Positions 46,747-57,667 of a stretch of DNA of 64,000 bases are shown one piece after another (the stretch's first letter is position 1; the number at the start of each line of letters is the position of its first letter). This DNA is from a virus. Location: IMG/VR virus record IMGVR_UViG_3300020473_000017. One strand, written 5' to 3'. Both the position numbers and the translations under genes were made by a program. The notes under the pieces are model-generated. The model worked only from the letters and a program-made list of their open reading frames with translations. It ran no database searches and was not told where the DNA came from.

Positions 46747-46805
46747 AGTATAATACACCAATCTGAGTATGGGGGACAGAGTGTGCCACTTTATTCAGTG
46801 TCCTC
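46747..46805 (-). promoter_or_regulatory. Two-box operator plus TATACT
   Basis: TGTGCCACTT-TATT-CAGTGTCCTC, 29 bp, TATACT. Confidence 0.7.
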
Positions 46806-47138
46806 ATCATCCCAATCCTCATCCCAGTCTATACTATCATCAGCATCTTCCCAAAATGCCTCGTAACAATCCGCATCCTCCTCATCAAACATAGAGAGAT
46901 GGTGGTTTAATGTTATCTTACCTTCTAAGGATCCAACACTTATGGTACTATCTCCCTCATTGATACAGAACCCACGCATCAACCAACGTGTTAGTTCATG
47001 CTCTGGATATGCTTCCATCATAAGATCAACCAACTCTTCAAACTGTTCGCGTTGTAAATGCTTGTACTCAGTCCATGGGTGACCTACATTCTCCTTCCAA
47101 CACGGAATATAACCATCACGAAGCTCAAGCACGTTCAA
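46791..47138 (-). CDS. Hypothetical protein with acidic tail
   Basis: 115-aa ORF, last gene of the adhesin operon. Confidence 0.6.
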   Translation of the reverse strand: MNVLELRDGYIPCWKENVGHPWTEYKHLQREQFEELVDLMMEAYPEHELTRWLMRGFCINEGDSTISVGSLEGKITLNHHLSMFDEEDADCYEAFWEDADDSIDWDEDWDDEDTE

Positions 47139-47799
47139 ATACCTCTATTCTACCGCTTATCCATTGATGAGCATAGTTAATTAGTTCATCCTCTAGTACC
47201 ATAGGTTCATTAGTAAACTCAATCAGATATCCTGGTTTCTCAAATTGTAGCAAATCAAAATCATTTAGGACACGTCTTGGAGATCCCATAGGCAATTCAA
47301 CATTACCAAACGTAGCATCCTCCGTAGGAACCAATATAGAATCAGAAGACATGGGCATAAAATGCGTCTCTTTATCTATCTTGTGTACTTGTCTGCGTAG
47401 ATTTGGTATATGATCTGCATCTGGATCCCATCCAACACAAATGGCACCGCAATTATTTGTCAGTGCCGTAAACCTAGTGATACCAGACACTCTCATTGAT
47501 GTATGAGATCCTGGTCTATAACGTAGATACTGCGGATATGCAGCAGTTTCGCTCATCCATACACCATCAGTGAACAGTAAGCATCTACTATGTAAGTAAA
47601 AACGTGTAAGGAATTCCCATGGATACTCTACATGTTCCCTCTCAAACATTTGTTTGATCATGTCAACATGATGATCCTTAACATATACCTTGTGCTCTTC
47701 AGGGTCATCCCCAAAGAACTTAAAAGCTTGTTGGCATCCTTTATGATATAGTACGGTGAGGTTCTCGAAAGTATCCCTCACTGTGATCGCTGGCATCAT
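47125..47799 (-). CDS. Hypothetical protein, paralog of 47796-48515
   Basis: Shared F.P....SILVP..D, KP...IEFT.E, G.IE...R. Confidence 0.75.
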   Translation of the reverse strand: MMPAITVRDTFENLTVLYHKGCQQAFKFFGDDPEEHKVYVKDHHVDMIKQMFEREHVEYPWEFLTRFYLHSRCLLFTDGVWMSETAAYPQYLRYRPGSHTSMRVSGITRFTALTNNCGAICVGWDPDADHIPNLRRQVHKIDKETHFMPMSSDSILVPTEDATFGNVELPMGSPRRVLNDFDLLQFEKPGYLIEFTNEPMVLEDELINYAHQWISGRIEVFERA

Positions 47800-48515
47800 C
47801 TATCTACAATTTCAATAAGACCATCTTCGATTTGTTGTAACCATGTTCTACCAAACTCAGCAACGTCTGGTTCTTCTCTTGTAAACTCTATCACTATTGT
47901 GGGTTTGTCTACTGTGATTTGAACCATTGTTGAATCTGTTATAGAAAATGGAAAATGTTGTGCTAATTTCTGTTGATTGTACCAACAGTCATGCATAGGT
48001 ACCAGTATACTACCATTTCCTGTCGGTGTAAAGGCCCCACTTTTCTCATAGAAATATACTCTTCTGTTAGTAGCGTGTAAATCCTCAAAACCTTGACATG
48101 AGGCTACACCACCTTCCTCTTGAGATATTAATCTTGCAAGACCTGGAAATCTAAAGTGCGTGTATGCACCATTGTTATACACAAAAGATTTATGTGCGGG
48201 CCGCAAACTGTCACTCTTCCATGTACTTCCGAACATTACTGTTCTATGATGTACCTGTAATGTTTTACCGAATTCTCTTATTAACTCCTCATTCTTAGCA
48301 ACAATGCCTTTCTTATTCTTCTTAATATGATCTGCAAGAACATCACTCTGTGTGAATAGAGGTATCTCCTTAAAAGGATCTGGATCGTTACCAAATATCT
48401 TCTTACCTTTGCGTGCGTCTGTTGTACTAAAAACAGTTAAACCATGCGAAGTAATACTCCTACCAAAGGAGTATTGTGCTATCCTTGAGTCCTGAGTTTC
48501 TGCAAATTGATACAT
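47796..48515 (-). CDS. Hypothetical protein, paralog of 47125-47799
   Basis: Same shared motifs. Confidence 0.75.
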   Translation of the reverse strand: MYQFAETQDSRIAQYSFGRSITSHGLTVFSTTDARKGKKIFGNDPDPFKEIPLFTQSDVLADHIKKNKKGIVAKNEELIREFGKTLQVHHRTVMFGSTWKSDSLRPAHKSFVYNNGAYTHFRFPGLARLISQEEGGVASCQGFEDLHATNRRVYFYEKSGAFTPTGNGSILVPMHDCWYNQQKLAQHFPFSITDSTMVQITVDKPTIVIEFTREEPDVAEFGRTWLQQIEDGLIEIVDR

Positions 48516-48517
48516 GC

Positions 48518-49024
48518 TTACTCCTCAGTTGTGGCATCTTCTTCTGCTAGTGCTTGTGTAAGTGCTTCAAACTGAAGGTCGAAGTCATCTTCATTATAAA
48601 CATTAACAACTTGTGTTGTGTTTATTGCACCAACAACAGGATCAACATGAGTAGAATCTGCTCTTGCTACTGTTTCTCTATGACGCATCAAGTCTTCCAT
48701 TGGAACTACTTGCTCTGTGTCTAGTATATTATTGAGAGCAATAAGAGTACCAGACATATCAGCTTCTTCAAGTTGTCCATTTTTAACAGCCTGATATACT
48801 GCTTCAGCAATCTGAAATCTTAATGGTTCCTTATCTTCAGGCTCTAATGAATCTAGATCCATAGGAATAGGTCCATACCATTCATCATTCTTAAGCGTAC
48901 CATCATTAAAGTACACTTCAAATGTATTGTCTTCTGGATTAAAGTTAGTTGCTTTATAAGTTGGAGCTACGTCAGCGTCCAATCTAAATTGTACGTCGAT
49001 GTTCTCGACATTTGTTGTAGTCAT
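48518..49024 (-). CDS. Acidic hypothetical protein (possible fibre/adhesin chaperone)
   Basis: 168 aa, TAATG-coupled to the adhesin gene. Confidence 0.6.
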   Translation of the reverse strand: MTTTNVENIDVQFRLDADVAPTYKATNFNPEDNTFEVYFNDGTLKNDEWYGPIPMDLDSLEPEDKEPLRFQIAEAVYQAVKNGQLEEADMSGTLIALNNILDTEQVVPMEDLMRHRETVARADSTHVDPVVGAINTTQVVNVYNEDDFDLQFEALTQALAEEDATTEE

Positions 49025-50031
49025 TAGTTTACTTGTCCACCGTTGATTGTACCAGAGGTCAACTTAGTTATATAGGAGACTCCATCAATGGCATTTCCAC
49101 CAGAGCCAGGTGTTCCTCTTCCAGATCCACCTTGAGCAGTGGATCCCCATCCACCACCTCTACCTCCTGCTCTTGAACCACATCCTGAAGCTCCTCCACC
49201 ATTTCCTGGTGAATTTATTGAACCGTTCTGCCCATTGTTTCCTCCTGTTCCTCTCTGACCTCCTGGATAGCCAATACCACCACCTCCACCGCCTCCTTGT
49301 GACGTTGAGAAATTTTGATATGTTGCTTGACACTGACTTCCCTTCATACAACCATATTGTCCTGTGTTTTGGTAGGTACATTGACCACCACGGCCACCGC
49401 CGCCGCCTCCACCGCCTCCAGCGATTTGACCATTATTAATTAAAATAGATTCTTCTCTTACATATAATCCAGTTTGTCCGTTCTGTCCACCATTGGTATT
49501 AGATGTGTTTTGTCCAGCTGAACCATTACCACCTTTACCCACTACACGTTTACCACCGCCAACAACGATTAATACCTTAGACGCACCAGTTATATTGTTT
49601 ATAGTTACATTTCTCTGAAGTGAATTTATATTTACAACACCGTAAACATCAGCACCACCTTGAGTATTATATCCAGAATATGATAGAGCAGTATCTAATT
49701 CAAATGTATAACCATCAGCTGCTATTGTGGTATAAGATCCTGTTTGCAAAACATCTGTAGATCCTCCTGTACACTCCATCCATCTAGTATTAACTGTCTT
49801 ACCTGATGAACCATTGTTATTACTATTCAGATCAAATTGAAATCTATACACATTACCTTTATGTACTTCTCTCCAAGTTCCACCACTCTTAATATAATGT
49901 TGCTTGGCTCTTCTCCAAGTACCACCATCTTTTACGTGGATAGAATGAGTTGGTTCCCAAGTACCACTCCTTTTTATCCATGCATTACCACCAAGTAGCT
50001 CTGCATATTGATCAGAATAAGGTAATGCCAT
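49024..50031 (-). CDS. Glycine-rich tail-tip adhesin, gp38 (T2/T6/S16)-like
   Basis: N-terminal xK.GGTW repeats; INNGQIAGGGGGGGGG, GGRGGGWG, GGNAIDG...GTING end; coupled to the fibre gene. Confidence 0.7.
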   Translation of the reverse strand: MALPYSDQYAELLGGNAWIKRSGTWEPTHSIHVKDGGTWRRAKQHYIKSGGTWREVHKGNVYRFQFDLNSNNNGSSGKTVNTRWMECTGGSTDVLQTGSYTTIAADGYTFELDTALSYSGYNTQGGADVYGVVNINSLQRNVTINNITGASKVLIVVGGGKRVVGKGGNGSAGQNTSNTNGGQNGQTGLYVREESILINNGQIAGGGGGGGGGRGGQCTYQNTGQYGCMKGSQCQATYQNFSTSQGGGGGGGIGYPGGQRGTGGNNGQNGSINSPGNGGGASGCGSRAGGRGGGWGSTAQGGSGRGTPGSGGNAIDGVSYITKLTSGTINGGQVN

Positions 50032-53000
50032 TAGTATCTATACCAAACATCTCCATTTGAACCACCAGAAGGTGCATTTGTACTTATCCATCTTCTACCG
50101 TATGCATTTGATTCATCACCGATAGTAAATGTAACTCCACCTGTAGTTGAGTTAACAGATCCATCGTGGAAACCTGAAGGATTAGCAAATGATGTGACAC
50201 CACTGTTAGCAATGGTGATGGAGTTTGCACCATTACTAATACTAATACCAGAACCTTGAGTGATAGTTGATTTAGCAAATCCACTCGCAGAACCAATCAA
50301 TAATTGACCGTTTGATAGTGTTGATGTATTTATTCCAGTACCACCATACTGTCTACTGATCGTAGTTGCATTCCAAGTACCAGTTGTGACAGTACCAATA
50401 GTAGCAAGACTAGATGCAGATGTTAATGATCCGAGAGAATCTATTGCTGATTCTATAGTAGCTTCAGTAGTAGCATCAAGAGCATCAATACCCTTTAATG
50501 TACATGTACCAGAACTATCAGATATACAATTTGTACTACCAACTGTTAGATCTCCTCCTCCAATGGTGAAATCACCACTTATTTCAAGAGTATTTCTTAT
50601 AGTAGTTGTACCAGTTGTAGCACCAATTTGAACATCAGTAGCAGCACCACCAATATTCAATGTTGTTGCGGTAGTTTGAATTAAGTTAAAGGTTGTCTGG
50701 TTAGTAGTAATATCACCACCATTAACAGCTATGTCATTACTGAATGTAGCAACATCAGTAACACCTAGTGTGCCACCTAAAGTAGTGGCACCTGTTCCAA
50801 CTTGTAAGGTTCCTAAGTTGTTAATCTTAAGACCTAGGTTGTTACTCAATTCTAGATCACCAGTACTAGAACCAGTACCAGTACCACCAGTAATGGACAT
50901 GTTACCAGTATCACTTAATCCAAACTTAACCCAGTTACCACCTAGATATGCACTACCTAGATATCCTCCTCGTGCTGGATTCTCAAGTAATTTCCAGTCA
51001 CCTGTAGCACCTTGTGTGGTATTTGATGGGTCAGTACCTAAAACATCAATGTTCTTTTGTGATTCAGATGCAGTACCAATAGTAATATCGGCAACTGTCA
51101 TCTCAGAATTAAAGGTTGATAGTCCTTCTACCCTGAATTTACCTCTAATTTCAGTCTCAAGACTATTAGATTCAACAGTAATCTTATCCCTAACAATGAT
51201 CTCATCATAGGTAGGACGTAAGTTTGCAGTCTCACCAACAATGGATAGTGTAGGAGTATCAAGGTTTGCTTCTTCACCAGTAACAGAACTAACCTTAGTA
51301 TTACCAATGAATAGGTCACCATTACTGTTAAGTCCAGAGTAGAATGCAATACCTCCATTCTCTTTCTGTGACTGTGAAACAAGAACTTCAGGTTCAGTTA
51401 GAACTCTATTCTGTACTGAAGGTAGACCAGTTGAGTAGTTACCTGGACCATAACCAACATATTCAAATGTATGGTTACCAGATCTTAGAATACTTGGTCG
51501 TCTAAGTTCAGTATCAGTACCACCTGTTGCATTAACAGGTATCATTCTTACTGCTTGATCTAACTCAGTCGCATCACCATCTCTTGCTTCAAGAGTAATA
51601 AAGTTTGCTTGCTGAGGATCAGTTGTGTTTGCATTGGTATAATTATTCCTTGATTCCTCAATGAAATCACCAATTGATTCTTTAGTGGTTGATAAGGTCT
51701 TATCCTCAAGTCCTGTGGCCACATCAGTTGTTGTAACTAAACCAATAGTAGTATTACTTGCAGCAGATGTTGCTTCAGCTGGATCCTCTGTTGGATTATC
51801 CTTATCTAAAGTAGGATATAAGTCATTAATATTCTGAGAGAATGAAAATGCATTAACACTAGCATTGGTTGGTGATACACTACCTTTCAATACAGTACAG
51901 TAATAGATACCATTTTGTACTGACTTCTTAAGTTCCTTCGCTGTTTCAATATCATAGATGTAATAAACATCACCATATGACTGACCAGTAGGTACGTTTC
52001 GTGGTTGAATAATATATCCATTGATAGGATCTCTTTGTAGATCAACTGAACTATCTACAACATAACGTAATCTATATGTTCTATCCCTAGAAGTTCTGTT
52101 ATCAGGAACACGTCTCATGTATCCTGCACCAGTGAATAGTGAATTAGTATAGAAATTATCATCAGCAAGATGATAATGTATACCTTTATATCCAGTGGTT
52201 GCAGATGCATTCTGTGAACCAGATGTAGCTGCAGTAACTCTCAAATACCAGTTACCTAATGTTGCATCCCATTGTATTGGATGATTTGGATCTCCAGCAA
52301 CAAATGAATTTGCAGTAACATCAGTGAATACACTATCAGCTGGTGAAGCACTACCATCAGGTGTGATTAATGCAGCAAATATAGTTGGTACAGAGTTATT
52401 ACCAGAATCTATAAGAGATACTAATATTTTATCTTGTATTCTGGCACCAATATTGAAACCTTGTAGTTTATATGGTGGTTTGGTTGCTTGTGATGTATAT
52501 CCATAGAGATATAATCTTGTATCTACAGCACCAATATGAGCCCATGTAACATTACCAGTACCACTTTCAGTTTGGCTACCACTAGTATGAACTGGACCAC
52601 TTCCAGCACCAGCGGTTGTTCCACCAGCAATAGTGTAGTATGCCTGTCCAGAGTTTGTACATGTTGCTCCAGCAGCAATAGTCTGGTTAAATGCCCATGC
52701 TGTGTTGTTTCTAGCAGCATTCTGCTGTACCTTTTGTACGTCAAATGCTACATAACCAACAGGAATTTCATTAATAACACCTTTCCATACACTTACACCA
52801 GTAGCAGTTGATCCACGATAACCTCTATTTAAGGTTAATTGACCACTAGTTCCATTAACAGCAGTTACCTTATATGCTTCTTGAGCATCAGATTGTATGA
52901 ATTTAATATAATCATTAACTTCTATACCATGGTTATCATTGTTATTAACACAAGCAACAATCCAATTGTTTTCTGTAACATTGAAAGTGTATGCACCAAC

Positions 53001-54611
53001 AGCACCATAGGTTCTTGCTAACTTTTTAGGTGGAATAACATGAGTTATCTTACCAGCTTTATCCTGTGTAAATGGTGCTCCCTTAAATCCTTTTGCTCTT
53101 AATGCACAGGATCCAAAGTTACTGTTAGAGTTAGTAATTGACTGGTCACCACCACTTAGGGCTACGAAATGATCAGCAAATCCAACAGCGAACACTGATA
53201 CTGCCTGTATAACAGCATCATTTGAACATTTTACATGGAAGTTTCTATATGCAGCTTTAAATATACTATCTCCATCAGTGTGGCCACCTGCTTCGTATGC
53301 AGATCCATTCCACTTGATGAATGCGTTATCATCTTTCTGTAGTGATACACCAGTAAACTGAGCAACAACCATGGATTTGAATCCAGTTGCTTTGCTACCA
53401 TCAGCGTGCATACCACAGGTTCCCCAAGTAGATCTTAGAGAACAGTTGAATATGTATGGTGATGATGAGTCTACGTTATCAACTTCTACCTGAACTTGGC
53501 AACTATCTGTTGTTGGGTTACCAGATGGTGCACCTGATCCAGGATCTTTAATAATGTATCTAAATTTAGTTGGTGATACAACTTCACTAACAAAATATGA
53601 TCCATTAAATCTTGAAGCATCAGTTCCTGTGACACCACTAATAAGAATAGGAGTACCAACAGATAGATTATGATTAGCTGTTGTAGTTACCTGAGCAGTT
53701 GTTGTGAATACGTTCACATTAACATAGTCAGTTATAATACCACTAGATGCTGTATTAGCAATAGTTACAGGTCCAGCTAAGTTAGGACCAACAATTCTAT
53801 TTTCTTCTACTCTTGCTTGTAATTCATCAGCACTTTGTGTACCAGTAGCATCAGGAATATCAGCATATGCCTTAGCAATCTTCTGATAGTATAACTCTAG
53901 ATCATTCTCTGTTAATGCTTGACCATCAGTTCCAGTAACACCTGCCTGTATATTATTACCATCAGCATACTCAAAACAAGTTAGTTTATGGTGAGAGAAT
54001 GTTGGTGGTGATGATGCAGATGGCTGTGCAGGGTCTTTGTATACACCTGTAGAAGGTCCATCAAAGAAACTAAATTGCCAGAAATAGCAACCACCAGTTA
54101 CCCTGAAGATTGCAGATCTATCAATAGCACCAGCAGTAGGATCGGGAATATATAACGGTCTAATCTTAGTCTTTCTAAGATCCATACCAACAAGTGATGT
54201 ACCTCTAGGTACTATTACACCACCCTCAACTGAGTTAAATCGGTATAATACATTGTTTGGATTAGGATTACCACTAGCATCTGTTAAATCAAAGTTAGTG
54301 GATGAACTTAATTCTGTAATATCTGCAGGTAGATAAGCATTACCTGAAGTATTTGTGCCTGGTCTATTATCTATAAGATAATCACCAGGATATAATACGA
54401 TAGTAAATGATTCATAGGCATCATTAAATTGACCAGCCCTATAAGAAAATCTGGCAGATTCTATTAGTGCCCTTTGTATAGTTTTAAAAGGACGGTTAGG
54501 TGAGTTACCTCTATTGTCAAATGAGTCAGATGCATCAAAATCATCAGGGTTGACATATAGGCAACGGCCAGTTTTTGATGTAAAGACGTTCTTAAGTCTG
54601 GTTAGTGCCAT
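50031..54611 (-). CDS. Tail fibre / large virion structural protein
   Basis: LYVNP.D.DA.DS..N.GNS..RPFKTIQRAL.E.ARFSY; ends APSGGSNGDVWYRY. Confidence 0.85.
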   Translation of the reverse strand: MALTRLKNVFTSKTGRCLYVNPDDFDASDSFDNRGNSPNRPFKTIQRALIESARFSYRAGQFNDAYESFTIVLYPGDYLIDNRPGTNTSGNAYLPADITELSSSTNFDLTDASGNPNPNNVLYRFNSVEGGVIVPRGTSLVGMDLRKTKIRPLYIPDPTAGAIDRSAIFRVTGGCYFWQFSFFDGPSTGVYKDPAQPSASSPPTFSHHKLTCFEYADGNNIQAGVTGTDGQALTENDLELYYQKIAKAYADIPDATGTQSADELQARVEENRIVGPNLAGPVTIANTASSGIITDYVNVNVFTTTAQVTTTANHNLSVGTPILISGVTGTDASRFNGSYFVSEVVSPTKFRYIIKDPGSGAPSGNPTTDSCQVQVEVDNVDSSSPYIFNCSLRSTWGTCGMHADGSKATGFKSMVVAQFTGVSLQKDDNAFIKWNGSAYEAGGHTDGDSIFKAAYRNFHVKCSNDAVIQAVSVFAVGFADHFVALSGGDQSITNSNSNFGSCALRAKGFKGAPFTQDKAGKITHVIPPKKLARTYGAVGAYTFNVTENNWIVACVNNNDNHGIEVNDYIKFIQSDAQEAYKVTAVNGTSGQLTLNRGYRGSTATGVSVWKGVINEIPVGYVAFDVQKVQQNAARNNTAWAFNQTIAAGATCTNSGQAYYTIAGGTTAGAGSGPVHTSGSQTESGTGNVTWAHIGAVDTRLYLYGYTSQATKPPYKLQGFNIGARIQDKILVSLIDSGNNSVPTIFAALITPDGSASPADSVFTDVTANSFVAGDPNHPIQWDATLGNWYLRVTAATSGSQNASATTGYKGIHYHLADDNFYTNSLFTGAGYMRRVPDNRTSRDRTYRLRYVVDSSVDLQRDPINGYIIQPRNVPTGQSYGDVYYIYDIETAKELKKSVQNGIYYCTVLKGSVSPTNASVNAFSFSQNINDLYPTLDKDNPTEDPAEATSAASNTTIGLVTTTDVATGLEDKTLSTTKESIGDFIEESRNNYTNANTTDPQQANFITLEARDGDATELDQAVRMIPVNATGGTDTELRRPSILRSGNHTFEYVGYGPGNYSTGLPSVQNRVLTEPEVLVSQSQKENGGIAFYSGLNSNGDLFIGNTKVSSVTGEEANLDTPTLSIVGETANLRPTYDEIIVRDKITVESNSLETEIRGKFRVEGLSTFNSEMTVADITIGTASESQKNIDVLGTDPSNTTQGATGDWKLLENPARGGYLGSAYLGGNWVKFGLSDTGNMSITGGTGTGSSTGDLELSNNLGLKINNLGTLQVGTGATTLGGTLGVTDVATFSNDIAVNGGDITTNQTTFNLIQTTATTLNIGGAATDVQIGATTGTTTIRNTLEISGDFTIGGGDLTVGSTNCISDSSGTCTLKGIDALDATTEATIESAIDSLGSLTSASSLATIGTVTTGTWNATTISRQYGGTGINTSTLSNGQLLIGSASGFAKSTITQGSGISISNGANSITIANSGVTSFANPSGFHDGSVNSTTGGVTFTIGDESNAYGRRWISTNAPSGGSNGDVWYRY

Positions 54612-54628
54612 CTTTTACTATCTCTATG

Positions 54629-55621
54629 TTATGAAGGAATTTCAGCAGTATCTTCAAACCCTATTAGAGTTGCAGATACAGCAGCAGTTGATTTAACATA
54701 AAGTGATTGATAAGTACCAAGTACTAATCCTGTCAATTCAAAAGTTTTTTGGTCATCAATGGATACATTACGAGCAATATACTGTGATGTTTCAACATCA
54801 CGAACTGCAGAGATTAACAATTCAACGCCAGCAGCATCAATAAATTCTGTTGCAGGAGTTGTATTACCAGCAGCAGCATACCTAGTTTGTGTAGTAGCTA
54901 CTGGTGCATTATTAAATGCAGTAGACTTTGCAGCACTGTTGTTGTTCTCAGCAACAACCTCATTATTCATGTCATAGATGTTCTTATAGTCGATATTATT
55001 TTTATACTCATAGTTTTGGAAGTATACTACTCCAAGTTGTGAGTCATAATACCTAATTCTACCTGACCACCCATCAGTTGCACCAGTACCAGCATAAGAA
55101 GGACCAGCAGATATTGTTCCACCATTGGCTCCAGTTACAGTAGTATCACCTGGAAGATCAAGTCCCTTTGGATGGCTCATGTTTCTCAACCAAAGTTTAC
55201 TATTGGCAGCATCCCAGAGCTCAACAATGGCAGTCTGTGCAGTAGGAGTAAGTCCACTATTCGTCCAACTGACACTTTCACCAGGTGTAAATGATCCTGT
55301 AACACCACCACCCTCTATTACAACTGAAGTTGTGTATGAAAACTCAGGAAATGAAAATGCACTAAAGGTAGATGGTGCACCTGGTTGGTTACCTGGTGCA
55401 TCTAGTTGCAATGCTTGAGTTTGTTCAGTTACTGCAATATCTACAGTAGCTGCACTACCAGTATTATTAGCAATTATTAATTTACCACTCATCAGAGTAG
55501 CACCAGGACATGTATAGATGTTGAATCCCTGAGTTGCAGTTGCAGATGTAGTTCTTGAATTTGAGTACGGGGTAACGGATGGGGTGAAGTTTGCCAGTAC
55601 TCCTACTTGTTTGACGGCCAT
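54629..55621 (-). CDS. Virion structural protein
   Basis: 330 aa between fibre genes; YTCP...S.LIIAN and L.V.S..AVS..L.G.E termini. Confidence 0.7.
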   Translation of the reverse strand: MAVKQVGVLANFTPSVTPYSNSRTTSATATQGFNIYTCPGATLMSGKLIIANNTGSAATVDIAVTEQTQALQLDAPGNQPGAPSTFSAFSFPEFSYTTSVVIEGGGVTGSFTPGESVSWTNSGLTPTAQTAIVELWDAANSKLWLRNMSHPKGLDLPGDTTVTGANGGTISAGPSYAGTGATDGWSGRIRYYDSQLGVVYFQNYEYKNNIDYKNIYDMNNEVVAENNNSAAKSTAFNNAPVATTQTRYAAAGNTTPATEFIDAAGVELLISAVRDVETSQYIARNVSIDDQKTFELTGLVLGTYQSLYVKSTAAVSATLIGFEDTAEIPS

Positions 55622-55626
55622 GAGTT

Positions 55627-57195
55627 TTAATTAAATGAGTGGAAGTAGACTTTTGCCATTGATACACCGCTTCCAGTTCCAGAATTCAGCGTGGCAGTTG
55701 ATCCTGTCTGTGGATCTGTTAGAACAATTTCTCTGGCAGAGATTTTACCACCAGTTTTATTAACGGGATCAGTTGTATTAATAGTTATATCACCATCAAA
55801 CCAACCATCTCCAGATACATCTAACTTGTAACCTGGAGTTTTCCCAATACCAAATTGACCACTACCATCTAAGATAGCTTGGTCAGCACCAGTATCATCA
55901 GTAAAGTTTAAACTTGAACTTGCTACACGCTTCTGAATAACCGATTTCGATGTTCCAGCATCTCCAATTATAAGTGAAGAACCTGTAGCATATATAGATC
56001 CTTCAACTTCAAGATTGTATGTTGCAGCAGCTCTACCAATACCTAATTGACCATCTAATTGATGTGCAGTACCAGAACTTACAATATTACCAGTGGATGT
56101 GATATTAGTAACAGAATCTACAGCACCATTAATTGTTATACCTGTTGCTGTTGTATCAATACGTAAATCAGTAGCAAGTGTTGACTGACTTCCACTATGA
56201 TAGATTCTTGTTGATGTGTTGTCCGCTTGTAACCATACTCCTACACTAGACTCACTTCCTAATTGAATTGTACCAGAACTACCAATAGAAAATCTACTGG
56301 ACTGGTCAATAATATAAAAAGTGTCATTATAAATTCCACCAAGACCACTGATTGCTGTAAAACCAAATGATGTAAACCCAGTGTTACCATCGTCATTAGC
56401 ATGAGAGAATCTAAAATCAGATGTTTCTGGTAACCTAATGCTACCACTAGTTCCAAACTGCAAATCACCAGTTAAGGTTAATCCTTGGTTTTGAACTACT
56501 GTGTTGTTAAATGTTGCAGCAGCACTAAAGGAAGCTGAACCATTAACAGTTACAGTATCTACAGAAGTTGTTCCCAATACTCCACTACCTGTGGAAGTAA
56601 AATCAACAATACTAAAAGTGCCTGTAAAGGCAGCACTGTCAAGGGTTTTATTTGTGAGCGTTTGAGTGGCACCTAAAGTTACAAGTGTATCACTTGCAGC
56701 AGTTTGACCATTAGAAGGTAACACATATGTATGAGTTACACCTGCAGGTATTGATTCTGTACTAAACTTACCTACCTTACTATTATCAGATGAGTTTGGT
56801 ATTACAAACAAACTATCTGTAATTGCTAGAATAGAACCTAAACGAATAACACCAGTACCCTGTGCGGATATGGTGAAGTCTAAGTTAGTATCAGCAGCAT
56901 CTTGTGCAGCAATGTTGAGTGTATTACCTACCTTTTGCAAGTTCAGTCGTGCATCACCCATTGCTAGGCCGACTTGGCCTTGAGTTTCTGAGAATATACC
57001 AGTCGCGGTTTTTCCTTCAAAAGATAAACCTGGAGTAGTATATGTACCTGAAGGTACAGCTCGGAATATACTACCTACAGCCGATCTTTTATTTTGATCT
57101 GTTGGATCCGAATTATCTAGAAGTAAGAGAGTATCAGAGCTAGATACGCTTCCTGCTTCCAATAATGTTAGGTCAGATATCTTACGTGTTGCCAC
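55627..57195 (-). CDS. Tail fibre-like structural protein
   Basis: ATRKISDLT start, QTLTNKT, GIG..P.YKLDVSG; GTG start after a late promoter. Confidence 0.8.
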   Translation of the reverse strand: MATRKISDLTLLEAGSVSSSDTLLLLDNSDPTDQNKRSAVGSIFRAVPSGTYTTPGLSFEGKTATGIFSETQGQVGLAMGDARLNLQKVGNTLNIAAQDAADTNLDFTISAQGTGVIRLGSILAITDSLFVIPNSSDNSKVGKFSTESIPAGVTHTYVLPSNGQTAASDTLVTLGATQTLTNKTLDSAAFTGTFSIVDFTSTGSGVLGTTSVDTVTVNGSASFSAAATFNNTVVQNQGLTLTGDLQFGTSGSIRLPETSDFRFSHANDDGNTGFTSFGFTAISGLGGIYNDTFYIIDQSSRFSIGSSGTIQLGSESSVGVWLQADNTSTRIYHSGSQSTLATDLRIDTTATGITINGAVDSVTNITSTGNIVSSGTAHQLDGQLGIGRAAATYNLEVEGSIYATGSSLIIGDAGTSKSVIQKRVASSSLNFTDDTGADQAILDGSGQFGIGKTPGYKLDVSGDGWFDGDITINTTDPVNKTGGKISAREIVLTDPQTGSTATLNSGTGSGVSMAKVYFHSFN

Positions 57196-57223
57196 ACTAA
57201 GTCCACAATAAAACGTTCAAGTC

Positions 57224-57231
57224 TATTTATA
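57224..57231 (-). promoter_or_regulatory. T4 late promoter TATAAATA
   Basis: Exact consensus upstream of the fibre operon. Confidence 0.8.
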
Positions 57232-57667
57232 ACTTCTTCTTGAATGTAAAAAATCCCTCACTACCATGCCAGTACCCTTTGTCCCAACTATGGTACTCAG
57301 TAGCATATAATTTTGCTTGACTTTCCAACTTTTTACCTTTATATGTACAATCTGGCATAGATGCACCATAAAATGCCATATCATCAGGCACAAAAGAGAA
57401 TATCATATCACATGCTGGATTCTTTACTATTAATATACCCGTATTATCATTTAATATTAAAGGTGCGGTAACCTCCACTTCCATCTCTCTGTATGGTTTG
57501 TCAGTATAATTGTATCGAGATTTAGTAAGAAACTTATGTTCATCTACTTTCTCATGAGTTACTATTATATGTGCCCACTTTGTAGGGTTTGATGATGCTT
57601 GATGCCAATTATCAAAGGTTCCTTCAAACCATTGGCAAAATAAATCTAATTCCATTTGATTGGACAT
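57227..57667 (-). CDS. cpeT: CpeT/CpcT-type phycobilin lyase
   Basis: F.G.FDN..QA..NP..WAHI...H, PYR, CDM.F, Y.SWDKG..WHGSEG.F.F.K. Confidence 0.85.
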   Translation of the reverse strand: MSNQMELDLFCQWFEGTFDNWHQASSNPTKWAHIIVTHEKVDEHKFLTKSRYNYTDKPYREMEVEVTAPLILNDNTGILIVKNPACDMIFSFVPDDMAFYGASMPDCTYKGKKLESQAKLYATEYHSWDKGYWHGSEGFFTFKKKL

